A stretch of 64,000 bases of DNA, from the IMG/VR virus record IMGVR_UViG_3300029705_003235; one strand, written 5' to 3'. The notes beneath the pieces are model-generated. The model did not search any database, was not told the origin of the DNA, and saw nothing but the letters and a program-made list of their open reading frames with translations. Made by a program: the position numbers and the translations under genes. Of the stretch, positions 1-8,928 are shown in pieces (the first letter of the stretch is position 1; each line of letters begins with the position of its first letter). The stretch comes from an uncultured virus (IMG/VR IMGVR_UViG_3300029705_003235) (Duplodnaviria; Heunggongvirae; Uroviricota; Caudoviricetes).

Positions 1-48
1 AAGTCGTTTTTTCTGTGAAAGACTGCATATTTTGATAGAATTTCACCA

Positions 49-119
49 AGGGGGTGCATTTTGCATTTAGGGGGTGCAAATGACCCTTTAGGGGGTGCAA
101 AATCTATCAAGGGGGTGCA
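49..119. repeat. Four phased direct repeats AGGGGGTGCA
   Basis: Exact 10-mers start at 49, 69, 90 and 110 (20/21/20-bp period). Confidence 0.9.
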
Positions 120-127
120 TCACCCAA

Positions 128-826
128 TTACCTTCTCTCTAACACTTGGCATTCAACATATAATTGATTGTAATAATCACACCAAGATTCATCAATTTTT
201 CCGCTTACGATTACAAGGTCACCTTCTTCAACACTTTCATTAATGTTGTTACCCCAAGTTCTGTCACCAATTCTTACAATTAAGCCGGGGGCTTCTTTAT
301 CTGAAGCATTTCCGGCAGCAACATCAATTATATGACTGGTGCCACCATCGTAGGTGGTATGACTATGAACATAGCCTTCAAATTCCACATATCGTCCGTC
401 ATATTCGGAAGCAAAAGATGTATAACTCAAATCAGTAGTATACAATGCTGTTTTCAAGTCAGGACAGTTATCTATGGTGAGCATTGGAAATTCATTGTAA
501 TAAATACTTATTTCGGAATCAGCATCAAATTCCTGTCCTGCTTCCCACGGGTCTGTGCTAAACATACCTGTTTCTATGTACATTTCAAATATATTTTTTT
601 CATACTTATCGTCATCTGGGTCGCATGGTACGGTTCGGAATTTTGTGAATCCAAGCTCTTTAAAATGCTCTGTTATAGAATCTACTGTCCAGTCAGAATC
701 TATATACTCTTCTGTGCTTTTTGGCATTTTTATTTTTCCGTTATTAGTTGTTTCTCCCGCATCACAAGCAGATAAAACAAATATTAAAATCAAGACTGTT
801 AGCAAAGCAATAATCCTATTTTTCAT
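128..826 (-). CDS. Putative lipoprotein, possible C-terminal OB-fold
   Basis: MKNR, hydrophobic stretch and lipobox LSAC; C-terminal YDGRYVEFEGYV...GDLVIVSGKI. Confidence 0.75.
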   Translation of the reverse strand: MKNRIIALLTVLILIFVLSACDAGETTNNGKIKMPKSTEEYIDSDWTVDSITEHFKELGFTKFRTVPCDPDDDKYEKNIFEMYIETGMFSTDPWEAGQEFDADSEISIYYNEFPMLTIDNCPDLKTALYTTDLSYTSFASEYDGRYVEFEGYVHSHTTYDGGTSHIIDVAAGNASDKEAPGLIVRIGDRTWGNNINESVEEGDLVIVSGKIDESWCDYYNQLYVECQVLERR

Positions 827-870
827 TGTTTTTATGCACCCTTCTTGCTAAATTATTTATACTTTTAATA

Positions 871-899
871 ATTATATCACAATTGGGTGCAGAAAACAA
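871..899 (-). promoter_or_regulatory. Sigma70-type promoter for the lipoprotein gene
   Basis: TTGTTT-17 bp-TATAAT with extended TG on the minus strand. Confidence 0.55.
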
Positions 900-941
900 T
901 GGATTTGATAAGATTTCTACCTTTTGCACAACTTTAATTAT

Positions 942-985
942 AAAAAACAAAGCCATCGGAAACCGACTCCGATGGTTTTGCTTTT
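942..985. terminator. Intrinsic terminator, probably ending the leftward cargo operon
   Basis: CCATCGGA(953-960)/TCCGATGG(968-975) stem flanked by A-rich and T-rich tracts. Confidence 0.65.
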
Positions 986-1057
986 GAGCTAAAAAGCTCA
1001 CTTTATAACTTTCTCATTTGAAGGCTGAGATACACCTTTCCATACGATATATTTTAG

Positions 1058-1402
1058 TCAGTATTCGGCATCAAACCAATATTCACCACAAGGAGTATCC
1101 TCATTAATATCATAAATGTGGAGCTTCGTTCCCGGTTGCCCATTGAAATAATTTTTGCAAAGTTCGGTAGCTTCTTTCTTTGTATGGTCACCGAGATAAT
1201 TGACCCTTTCATTTATGTATTCATAGAAAGTATCTGTATCAAGCATCAATTTTGCCTCGTCTATATCAAGATACAAAAAAGTCCATTCAGCACTTCTGTA
1301 TTTGGTTTTTGAGAGGTCTGCATTGTTAAAGAAAATATTTCCTTGCATATGGATTACTCGTTTGCCATTATCTTCTTCAAGTAAATAAAAGTATTTGTCC
1401 AT
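1058..1402 (-). CDS. Hypothetical protein
   Basis: ORF in operon; start moved to MDKYF (uncertain). Confidence 0.6.
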   Translation of the reverse strand: MDKYFYLLEEDNGKRVIHMQGNIFFNNADLSKTKYRSAEWTFLYLDIDEAKLMLDTDTFYEYINERVNYLGDHTKKEATELCKNYFNGQPGTKLHIYDINEDTPCGEYWFDAEY

Positions 1403-1415
1403 CCTGAAATAGAAC

Positions 1416-1718
1416 CTATTGTTCGTCCTCCTTTTCTTCAAATTGCATACGAAACAAGTTTATATGCTCACCAACCATCTGCGGAAATGTATCATATACA
1501 TAGCGGCATAATCGCTTATATAGTTGCAGAAAGCATTCATCATCGCAGAAATCTAATAGACCATCCATTATTCGTTCAATGTCGGTTTCAGAAGTTATTT
1601 GCCCATTAAAGACAGATGTCACCAATTGAACATAGTGGTTATATATACCTTTTTTCTGTTCGTTAAATTGAGTCAATAATTGCTCTAATTCCTCAAGAAC
1701 CTTATTTTCGTTACTCAT
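1416..1718 (-). CDS. Hypothetical helical protein
   Basis: Likely start MSNENK overlapping the upstream stop; the longer track ORF overlaps its neighbour. Confidence 0.65.
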   Translation of the reverse strand: MSNENKVLEELEQLLTQFNEQKKGIYNHYVQLVTSVFNGQITSETDIERIMDGLLDFCDDECFLQLYKRLCRYVYDTFPQMVGEHINLFRMQFEEKEDEQ

Positions 1719-2169
1719 CAACTTCACCAGTCTTTTTGGGAGATTTTCTTTTATGTATACCGTCCCAACAATACGAAACAAATTCATCAAACCTATACTC
1801 GACTTGATTCCAGATATCAATTTTTGCTTTATCACCGAATATCTGCGATTTGATATGTTTGTCGGCAAAACCGCACCAGTCGAATGTTTTATCATCAGTA
1901 ACATCAATTGTAGCGGCTTTTTCGTCATAGCACCCAACCAACGGAATAAGATATATACGTCCTTCTTCGTTTCGTTCAATTATTAACTCATATTGGCATC
2001 TCGACCAATAATGGTACATCAATTCACTGCGTATTGCTTTATTGAATTCTTCTTGTGTTTTTTTCTTTTTCTTCAGTTCAAGTAGAAAAGTTTTGAAATA
2101 TGGAAATAGGTCATAATCTATAATCTTTTGCTTATGACAATCAAAGTTTTTTACAATCCATTTCATCAA
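1711..2169 (-). CDS. Hypothetical protein
   Basis: GGAGG RBS; start overlaps the upstream stop. Confidence 0.7.
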   Translation of the reverse strand: MMKWIVKNFDCHKQKIIDYDLFPYFKTFLLELKKKKKTQEEFNKAIRSELMYHYWSRCQYELIIERNEEGRIYLIPLVGCYDEKAATIDVTDDKTFDWCGFADKHIKSQIFGDKAKIDIWNQVEYRFDEFVSYCWDGIHKRKSPKKTGEVDE

Positions 2170-2948
2170 GCCAAACCTCCTATATTATTTTTTGCTTCGC
2201 TTTTTAGCCAATTCACACAGCACTCTCTGCAGCCGGACGGTTCAACACAATCCATTGAAGAAAAACCCATATTCGTTATATCTTCAAAACCCTCCAAAGG
2301 ACATTTTATACCTTTTGCCATATCTTCGACACTTAATGTCCGAACCTTGTCGTAATTTGTAAAAACAGGTGGTGGCATCTTTTTTGCAAGAATTTCATCA
2401 AGAGTTACTGGCTCATAATTCCAATGCATACACCCAACATTATAAATCTCATTCAGAAAACCTCTCTTGTTTAACTCCCATGACATCGCTCTTTCAATAT
2501 CGCATTCTATTGAAGAGTGAGAATGTCCGTGTAGCAAGATGGTTTGGTATTGGTGAGCATTGTAAAAAGGCATATAGAAATGATTCAAAATACATCTTCG
2601 TTTCGTACCATTTTCAAGGGTAACAACAATATCATCAGAATCTTTTACTCCTGCGAGAGCTTTCTTAGCTTTCGCATTATTTATAAAGCGGTCGTGGTTA
2701 CCCTTAATAAGGATAATTTGACCATTAAGGCTTTTGATTAGTGGTTCGGCATAGTTGGTGAGAGATTTCCAAATCATGTCACCAAGAACATAAACAAGGT
2801 CACCCTTACCAACTTTCTTATTCCATCGCTTTATCATTTCCGCATCCATTTCCTCAACGGAAGCAAATGGTCGGTTGTCGAACTGAATAGCATTTACATG
2901 ACCGAAATGTGTATCGGCTGTAAAGAAGATTTTTTGCATAGGCATCAT
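2166..2948 (-). CDS. Calcineurin-like metallophosphoesterase with Cys-rich C-terminal extension
   Basis: DTHFGH, LGD, GNHD and HGHSH motifs. Confidence 0.9.
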   Translation of the reverse strand: MMPMQKIFFTADTHFGHVNAIQFDNRPFASVEEMDAEMIKRWNKKVGKGDLVYVLGDMIWKSLTNYAEPLIKSLNGQIILIKGNHDRFINNAKAKKALAGVKDSDDIVVTLENGTKRRCILNHFYMPFYNAHQYQTILLHGHSHSSIECDIERAMSWELNKRGFLNEIYNVGCMHWNYEPVTLDEILAKKMPPPVFTNYDKVRTLSVEDMAKGIKCPLEGFEDITNMGFSSMDCVEPSGCRECCVNWLKSEAKNNIGGLA

Positions 2949-3154
2949 CCCTCCAATTCTATGAATTCAATAAATTCTGTAGGCGAGCAATCCAACGCCA
3001 TACATATTTTATAAATAATCGTTGTGTTTATGTGCATATTATGACGGAGTTTTAGCATGGTGTGAGCAGTCAATCCGGCTGCTTCCTTGAGGTCTTTTTT
3101 ACGCATTCCTCTGTCTATTAGCATATGCCATAACTTCTTATACGAAACAGCCAT
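2945..3154 (-). CDS. Cro/C1-type XRE HTH regulator
   Basis: MAVSYKKLWHMLIDRGMRKKDL...KICMALDC; GGAGG RBS. Confidence 0.85.
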   Translation of the reverse strand: MAVSYKKLWHMLIDRGMRKKDLKEAAGLTAHTMLKLRHNMHINTTIIYKICMALDCSPTEFIEFIELEG

Positions 3155-3159
3155 TTTAC

Positions 3160-4410
3160 TCAATCCTCCTCGGAAATTAATTTGACTTCTTTGATATCTT
3201 GCCATACGCATTTACTTGCAACTCGTTCAGGATTTTCGATTGGAAGATTCATAAAAGAAATTATATCCTCACCGGGGAAATCTCCGCTGCGATATTTAGG
3301 AATTATATTGCTTGGTACAACACCAATTTTTTCAGCACCTTGCATTCTTCTCTTAAATACATCGGCTTTATAAAGGTAAACTGGCAATCTTGCTCTTGAA
3401 GTAGCCAAGAAAAACTTCAATGTTTCATTGGCTCTATTGGCCCCGGCAAGATAGAAGTAATAACCATCAGAATCAAAATCCACCTGAAAATCAATATGGG
3501 TTGAGTTACCGCCTCGACTAACTTCCCACGGGTGACCATAGCCTCTGCCATCAAAGGTTAACCATTCTTTGAATGCTTCTTCGGAATCTGGGTCAATGGT
3601 AGAGAGTTCTTCATCACGACCATCGGCAAATCTGTAATATTGTTCTTTGGGTGTCATTCCTTCAACCTTATAGCCCATTGCTTTGTACCCAATAGCACAG
3701 TAATTATAAAAATCATTAGCGGTCACCGATTCAATTCTCCCAATTGGTTTATAGCCTTCTTTGGGTTGCTCATCAATATAATGAAATATTTCATCTACAT
3801 CATCACTTGAAAGACCATCAAATAACTCGGCTCGGTCTTTAGGATATATTTCCCATAACTCACTTTGAAGGATTGTCCCGGTTTTATATTCATCCGGGAG
3901 GTTGCTTCTGACAAAATCCATATAAGTTCCATTTCTTATGTCCCTTATACATTGTTTTACACTCTCAAGCAACCAATTTGTGAATCCTTTTATGTCGTGC
4001 GGATATCCTTCTTCATCGGAAGGTCGAACCTCTATAACAAGGCGGTTATTTACAACCACGCTTTGGTAACCATCTTCTGTATCTACAGCTAATATGTGAT
4101 ACCATTTTGTCTCATCCGGGTAGAATGTTTTCCACTCTTGTTCAAATTCCTCATAGCTGTCACCAGCCCCGGCATCATACCACTCTTGATAATCACCATA
4201 GGCTTCAATATCACCTCGTTCTACGCACACATACAGTTCACGACACCCATTTTCTGAAATGGGTGTTATTTTGTGTAACTCTTCAAAAAACTGATTTAAA
4301 AGGCTATAGCTGTCTTCATCGTATATTATGTTTCCAATTCCGTTATAGCCTCTTTTACCAAAGCACTCAATGAAGTGGTCAATTTGTGGTGCATATATTT
4401 TCTCAATCAT
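3160..4410 (-). CDS. Hypothetical protein (~416 aa)
   Basis: Long ORF coupled to neighbours; GHPWE..RGGNSTH segment looks conserved, family not recognised. Confidence 0.75.
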   Translation of the reverse strand: MIEKIYAPQIDHFIECFGKRGYNGIGNIIYDEDSYSLLNQFFEELHKITPISENGCRELYVCVERGDIEAYGDYQEWYDAGAGDSYEEFEQEWKTFYPDETKWYHILAVDTEDGYQSVVVNNRLVIEVRPSDEEGYPHDIKGFTNWLLESVKQCIRDIRNGTYMDFVRSNLPDEYKTGTILQSELWEIYPKDRAELFDGLSSDDVDEIFHYIDEQPKEGYKPIGRIESVTANDFYNYCAIGYKAMGYKVEGMTPKEQYYRFADGRDEELSTIDPDSEEAFKEWLTFDGRGYGHPWEVSRGGNSTHIDFQVDFDSDGYYFYLAGANRANETLKFFLATSRARLPVYLYKADVFKRRMQGAEKIGVVPSNIIPKYRSGDFPGEDIISFMNLPIENPERVASKCVWQDIKEVKLISEED

Positions 4411-5128
4411 TATCAATACCTTCTTCCTCTGAATAGAATACCTTCATATCATCAAGCCTCAAACAAGCAAGCCTGCCGATAGTTTCACCTTCAAATTGCG
4501 ATTTTGGAAAACCAGAACCGCAGTCAATACCAATTGCATTATCACAATATAATATCTCTAATGGGTCATTATCCTGAAAGTTTATTGTAGGCGTATGTCC
4601 GAATATTAATGTATAACCTTCTGGAACCGGGTCAAAAGGCTGCCATCGTTCCCAGACAGCGAATTTCTCTTTTGTTTCGTACTCACGGAATATCCACCCG
4701 TAGTTTTCTAAAGGCGAGCCGTGAACAAGTAAATATTTCTTGTTTTCAACTTCAATTTTAATATTTACTGGCAGTTTCCGCAAATAGTCAAAAACCTCTC
4801 TGCGGATATCTTTTCTGATATGTTTCAAATAGTTATGTGTAACATAGCCACCATTTCTGTACCACAAACGCAGTGAACGCTCTTGTTCCCATTCATCTCT
4901 TTCGCTGATAGGGTCGACAGCATTCAACATCATATATTCGTGATTGCCGAGCAGCATCTTTACATTATCCATTTTCATTATTCTTCTCAAGAGCTTAATC
5001 CCGTCAGGATATCTGTCAACGACATCCCCAAGGATATACAAGGTATCTTCCGGCTGAAGATTTATCTGTTTTATTATAGAATTAAATCTCTCCGTATTTC
5101 CGTGTATATCGGAAAGAACATATATCAT
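4403..5128 (-). CDS. PPP-type Ser/Thr phosphatase family metallophosphoesterase
   Basis: SDIHG, GDVVDR, LGNHE, VHG, FGHTP and IDCG motifs. Confidence 0.9.
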   Translation of the reverse strand: MIYVLSDIHGNTERFNSIIKQINLQPEDTLYILGDVVDRYPDGIKLLRRIMKMDNVKMLLGNHEYMMLNAVDPISERDEWEQERSLRLWYRNGGYVTHNYLKHIRKDIRREVFDYLRKLPVNIKIEVENKKYLLVHGSPLENYGWIFREYETKEKFAVWERWQPFDPVPEGYTLIFGHTPTINFQDNDPLEILYCDNAIGIDCGSGFPKSQFEGETIGRLACLRLDDMKVFYSEEEGIDND

Positions 5129-5131
5129 TTT

Positions 5132-5317
5132 TTAACCTCCTTTTGCAATACGCAAGTCCTCCTCGGTACAAGCAAACGGAATTTTACCATAGTCAACCAT
5201 TGCCTTTATAAACAAAACACAAGCTCCTTCAAAGGTCAATCCATACTTCTGAAAGACCTTTGTTGCTTCATTATAAAGTTCTGTATCAATTTCAAAAGTT
5301 ATAGTAGTCATTGCCAT
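5132..5317 (-). CDS. RelB/DinJ-like antitoxin (RHH) protein
   Basis: ITFEIDTELYNEATKVFQKYGLT...FIKAMVDYGKIPF matches the RelB/DinJ pattern. Confidence 0.65.
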   Translation of the reverse strand: MAMTTITFEIDTELYNEATKVFQKYGLTFEGACVLFIKAMVDYGKIPFACTEEDLRIAKGG

Positions 5318-5322
5318 AATAA

Positions 5323-5955
5323 TCACCCGTCTGCGAAGATTTCATCGCATATCCTTTTCAATTCAATTTTGTCATCAATTAACATATCATTTACAGCTGA
5401 ATCGACATCATTTTCGTAGTGTTCTTCCTCAACAAATAATAGATTTGTAAATGTAAAATCTGTACTATTGGGCATAGAAGCAACACAAAGTATAGAATCA
5501 TTACCCCAAAAACCACCACTTAATGGATTCCAGTTTCCTCCGAAACTTTCATAGCATAGGTTCTTAAGCCAAGCACGGACACAGCGATAAGTATTACCGT
5601 CATAATTGAATACGATTTGATGAATAAGGGCATCATCACACTTCATTTCATAAGGGAATCCCCATATGTTTATGTGAGTCCATTTCTTATTTTTAAATGC
5701 AGCCTTGTGTTCGGCTTCAATATTTAATGGCACTAAAACCTTTTGTGTTCTGTATGCAATGCGATGTTCGGCAGAATGGTTTCCTTTGAAATAGCTCCTG
5801 ATCGCTGCAACAGTTTCAGGGTAATGTCCGGCTTTGTCAAGATTGTTCACTACCATATTTATCGTTTCTTCCGTTCCTACATACAATTTATTAAAAGAAC
5901 AGAAGCCGGGAGTGGCAGGGTCATCCAAATTCAGTATATAGTACTTTTCAGCCAA
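5323..5955 (-). CDS. Hypothetical protein
   Basis: 210-aa ORF with GGAGG RBS, in operon. Confidence 0.7.
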   Translation of the reverse strand: MAEKYYILNLDDPATPGFCSFNKLYVGTEETINMVVNNLDKAGHYPETVAAIRSYFKGNHSAEHRIAYRTQKVLVPLNIEAEHKAAFKNKKWTHINIWGFPYEMKCDDALIHQIVFNYDGNTYRCVRAWLKNLCYESFGGNWNPLSGGFWGNDSILCVASMPNSTDFTFTNLLFVEEEHYENDVDSAVNDMLIDDKIELKRICDEIFADG

Positions 5956-5956
5956 C

Positions 5957-6391
5957 CTATTCGACCTCCCATTTTTTCATTTCCTTTTTTCGTTCAATCA
6001 ATTCTTTTCTTAAACCAACCCACAATTCTTCTTGGTCGATTCCAAACTTCAACTCCGAAGTGATATCTTCAATCATCACATCGATTGTTTTATCATCAAG
6101 AACCTCCATATACTTTCGTACAAAGTTACAAACAACACCGGGCATATATGTATGCCTGCCGATAGCATATCGAACAGCACTATTAATCACGCATCCGAAA
6201 TCGTTATCAAATTGAAAAGCCATCCACCTTGCAGGACAAATAACCAAATCACTTTTATTATCATCTGATATAACAAAGCCTACATTTTCGCTGTCAATCT
6301 TATCAATAATTTCATCAAGTCTTTCACCGAATTCTTTACGGCTTATACGCTCCATTTCATCAATAGGGTGTATGTATTCGTACTTTCTCAT
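5957..6391 (-). CDS. Hypothetical protein with Phd/YefM-like N-terminus
   Basis: ISRKEFGERLDEIIDKI....GFVIS...DLVICP resembles Phd. Confidence 0.55.
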   Translation of the reverse strand: MRKYEYIHPIDEMERISRKEFGERLDEIIDKIDSENVGFVISDDNKSDLVICPARWMAFQFDNDFGCVINSAVRYAIGRHTYMPGVVCNFVRKYMEVLDDKTIDVMIEDITSELKFGIDQEELWVGLRKELIERKKEMKKWEVE

Positions 6392-6405
6392 GTCTTTCAC
6401 CTTTC

Positions 6406-7101
6406 TCATAATAAATTGTCGGTTGTCTCCCATGTATTAAACAGAAAGTGAATTTTATTGACACGCTTGTCCGTATGCCAGTGTCCGCAAAGCCAGTCCT
6501 TGTAATAATAGCTTTTTTCAATTTTATCAAGCCATTCTTCAGTGCTTCTGTCAACACCTGACTGGTCTATGCCGGGAATAAACATCTCGGTCGGTTCGTA
6601 AGAAAACGGACAGGTATGCGAAAGTATAACATCAAATTCTTTTTCAGAAAGTTGTTTCTCCACATAAGCCTTTATTTCATCCGAAGGCTGTTCGTCCTCC
6701 CACCAACCATAACCTCTTGAAAGACGGTAATATTTATCAACACTATAAGCCCCACCAATTACGAAGTATCGTCTGCCTTCAATGCTGTATACTTCACCGT
6801 CTTTTGCAAATTTTAGATGCGGATACTTCTCTTCAACCCAAACCTTACCATTGTTCCATGTCTCCAAATGGTAGGATTCAATATTTGACGGACGGATTTC
6901 GTGATTACCATGAATGCAAAGAATATCCACACCTATCATATCAAGGTTTTTCTTCATAGCATCGTCTCTCTCATCCAAGAAATAATTAGCACCAACATCT
7001 CCAAGAATAACGATTGTGTCATTGTTTGAAAGCCCCATCTTGCTTGCAAACTTTATTATTTTCCACGGAACTCCGTGGATGTCACCTGTAAAATAAACCA
7101 T
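6406..7101 (-). CDS. Calcineurin-like metallophosphoesterase
   Basis: GDIHG, LGDVG, GNHE, SHTCP and CGHWH motifs; AGGAGG RBS before MVYFTGD. Confidence 0.9.
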   Translation of the reverse strand: MVYFTGDIHGVPWKIIKFASKMGLSNNDTIVILGDVGANYFLDERDDAMKKNLDMIGVDILCIHGNHEIRPSNIESYHLETWNNGKVWVEEKYPHLKFAKDGEVYSIEGRRYFVIGGAYSVDKYYRLSRGYGWWEDEQPSDEIKAYVEKQLSEKEFDVILSHTCPFSYEPTEMFIPGIDQSGVDRSTEEWLDKIEKSYYYKDWLCGHWHTDKRVNKIHFLFNTWETTDNLL

Positions 7102-7158
7102 AGAATAAACCTCCTCATAAAAGTATATCATAATGGTTGTGCAAAATCTCGCTTTGAC

Positions 7159-7195
7159 CGAAAATGTAATCGGTTTTAGCGAAAATGTAGACACT
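7159..7195 (+). repeat. Left copy of 37-bp imperfect inverted repeat
   Basis: CGAAAATGTAATCGGTTTTAGCGAAAATGTAGACACT, 32/37 identical to the reverse complement of 13917-13953. Confidence 0.85.
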
Positions 7196-7275
7196 GGATT
7201 TTTTGTGTTTTTTTAAACTGTATGTCAAGTATCTGACTGTCGGATTATTGAGTCAACGCATCGGTTCATTTATAA

Positions 7276-7629
7276 TCAATAATATGTTCGTGTGATGCGT
7301 TCATCCCGGAGAGATTGCTTGAGAGCTTTTGCTATATCTGTTATCACCTTCTTTTCGTAAGTGCTGCAGTTTTCAAGAATGGAGCTGAATTCACTCTTGG
7401 CTTCGCTCTTGTATTCAATGTTGAACGAAAGCAAATCATCCGCTGAAACTTGCAGAGTGTTCGCTATATCAACCAATGTTTCGAGGCTTAATTGCTTCCT
7501 GCCATTTTCGATATAGCTTATGTAGCTTGGGCATTTGTCGATTTTCTCGGCAAGGTTCTCTTGAGTGAGTTTCATCCTTTTCCGAGCCTGTTTGATTCTT
7601 TTGCCAATAATAGTGTAATTGAGTGTCAT
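7276..7629 (-). CDS. XRE-family HTH regulator
   Basis: IGKRIKQARKRMKLTQENLAE...ISYIENG...SLETLVDIANTLQVS. Confidence 0.9.
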   Translation of the reverse strand: MTLNYTIIGKRIKQARKRMKLTQENLAEKIDKCPSYISYIENGRKQLSLETLVDIANTLQVSADDLLSFNIEYKSEAKSEFSSILENCSTYEKKVITDIAKALKQSLRDERITRTYY

Positions 7630-7769
7630 AAAATTACCTCCTAAAAATTTTTTACACTTCAATTATACCTCATTGACTATAACTTCGTCATCTCGCTGTT
7701 CACAACATAGTCAAGTGATGATAAAATTATTAAAAAATATATCCTATCGGATATGCGGAGGTGAGAAAC

Positions 7770-8129
7770 TTGGAAGATAATACTATGATGAAAGAAATCG
7801 GACAACGAATCCGTGAAATTCGCTTATCAAAGAAAATGACACAGAATGACCTTGCATTTGCTGCTCACATCTCAACATCAAATGTAAGCGACATCGAACT
7901 TGGCAAGAGCAAGATATGGTTAACCACATTCATAAAAATTGTTGAAGCTTTGCAAGTTTCTTCGGATAGCATTATCCGTCCTGATGTTCCGGCAGTGAAT
8001 GAAATTTATCAAAAAGAGTATTCGGAGCTTCTTTCCGATTGCACACCTTCAGAAATAGAATCCATTATGAAGATTGCAAAACAAGTAAAATCTTCGCTTC
8101 ACCAACCGAAAAATAATGACGATTATTGA
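7770..8129 (+). CDS. XRE-family HTH regulator (paralog of the divergent gene)
   Basis: IGQRIREIRLSKKMTQNDLA...SDIELGK; TTG start after GGAGGTG (GTG 7761 alternative). Confidence 0.9.
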   Translation: MEDNTMMKEIGQRIREIRLSKKMTQNDLAFAAHISTSNVSDIELGKSKIWLTTFIKIVEALQVSSDSIIRPDVPAVNEIYQKEYSELLSDCTPSEIESIMKIAKQVKSSLHQPKNNDDY

Positions 8130-8160
8130 GTGAGAAAATTCTTCTCACTCTATTTTTTTT
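8128..8160 (+). terminator. Intrinsic terminator
   Basis: GAGTGAGAA/TTCTCACTC stem followed by a T run. Confidence 0.8.
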
Positions 8161-8192
8161 GCCTTTTTTTGAAAATTTTTTTATTTTTTTCG

Positions 8193-8219
8193 ACCCACTG
8201 TCAAGTCTTGACTGTGGGT
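8193..8219. promoter_or_regulatory. Palindromic operator upstream of the recombinase operon
   Basis: ACCCAC-T-GTCAAG-T-CTTGAC-T-GTGGGT; TATAAT at 8246-8251. Confidence 0.55.
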
Positions 8220-8286
8220 TTATTCCTTACTTGGTCAGTTGACTATATAATGTCTTTATGAAGAATTTAGAATGGAGGAACCATAC

Positions 8287-8928
8287 ATGGATGAAATAGA
8301 GATTTTTGACAAACTAAGTGCAATTGCCACTCCTCAGTTTGCTTTAACATTTGCTGATGATTCCGAACAAGCAATGAAGGTCGCTGAATTCAAGTCTTGG
8401 TTTAACAGTGTCCGTCATGAACATCCAAGTACAAATAAACCCTTTAAGATTGGGGTGTATATAAGGTATTTTAATCAAACAAAATATGATAATTACCTTG
8501 AGTTCCATAAAAAACAGTTTGCAGATACGATTTCGCTTTGTCCTAAATGGACACTGGTAGATTTCTATATTGACGAAGGGCAAACTGCTCCGAATATGGA
8601 GAATGCACCTGCTTGGAGTGCTCTGCTGAATGATGCAATGGAAGGTAAGGTCGATTTAATCATCACACAGAAAGTTTCCAATGTTTCAAAGAAAATGCAC
8701 GAGGTTCAATTCTGCACAAGGATTCTTGCTGCACTGGAAAAACCCATAGGCATATACTTCGTTTCCGAGGATATTTATTCTCTTTCTTCATATTTTCTTG
8801 AAGACTTAAGAGACTTATCATTCTTCCCAACACATGAATGGCAAATACTACCTGACGATGAACAGGAGGCTCGGCTTCTTTTGGATTCTCGGTTGCTGTT
8901 GGGTGAAAGGAGTAGCACCAATGATTGA
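8287..8928 (+). CDS. Resolvase-domain protein lacking catalytic residues
   Basis: YIRYFN in place of YARVS; YIDEG; GKVDLIITQKVSNVSK in place of KSVSRFAR. Confidence 0.75.
   Translation: MDEIEIFDKLSAIATPQFALTFADDSEQAMKVAEFKSWFNSVRHEHPSTNKPFKIGVYIRYFNQTKYDNYLEFHKKQFADTISLCPKWTLVDFYIDEGQTAPNMENAPAWSALLNDAMEGKVDLIITQKVSNVSKKMHEVQFCTRILAALEKPIGIYFVSEDIYSLSSYFLEDLRDLSFFPTHEWQILPDDEQEARLLLDSRLLLGERSSTND

Noticed and set aside
49..119. CRISPR array
   Set aside because: 10-bp repeats with 10-11-bp spacers are far too short, and no cas operon is present
1719..1979. N-terminal extensions of track ORFs (also 8834-8920, 30858-30980, 35912-36025, 39081-39230)
   Set aside because: They overlap neighbouring genes; downstream starts have better RBS and coupling
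128..7101. Integron-like cassette array
   Set aside because: Genes overlap or abut with no repeated attC-like sites between them
922..7146. 11-bp inverted match TTTTGCACAAC (922-932 and 7136-7146) around the cargo operon
   Set aside because: Short, AT-rich and not extendable; could be chance, though both copies are intergenic
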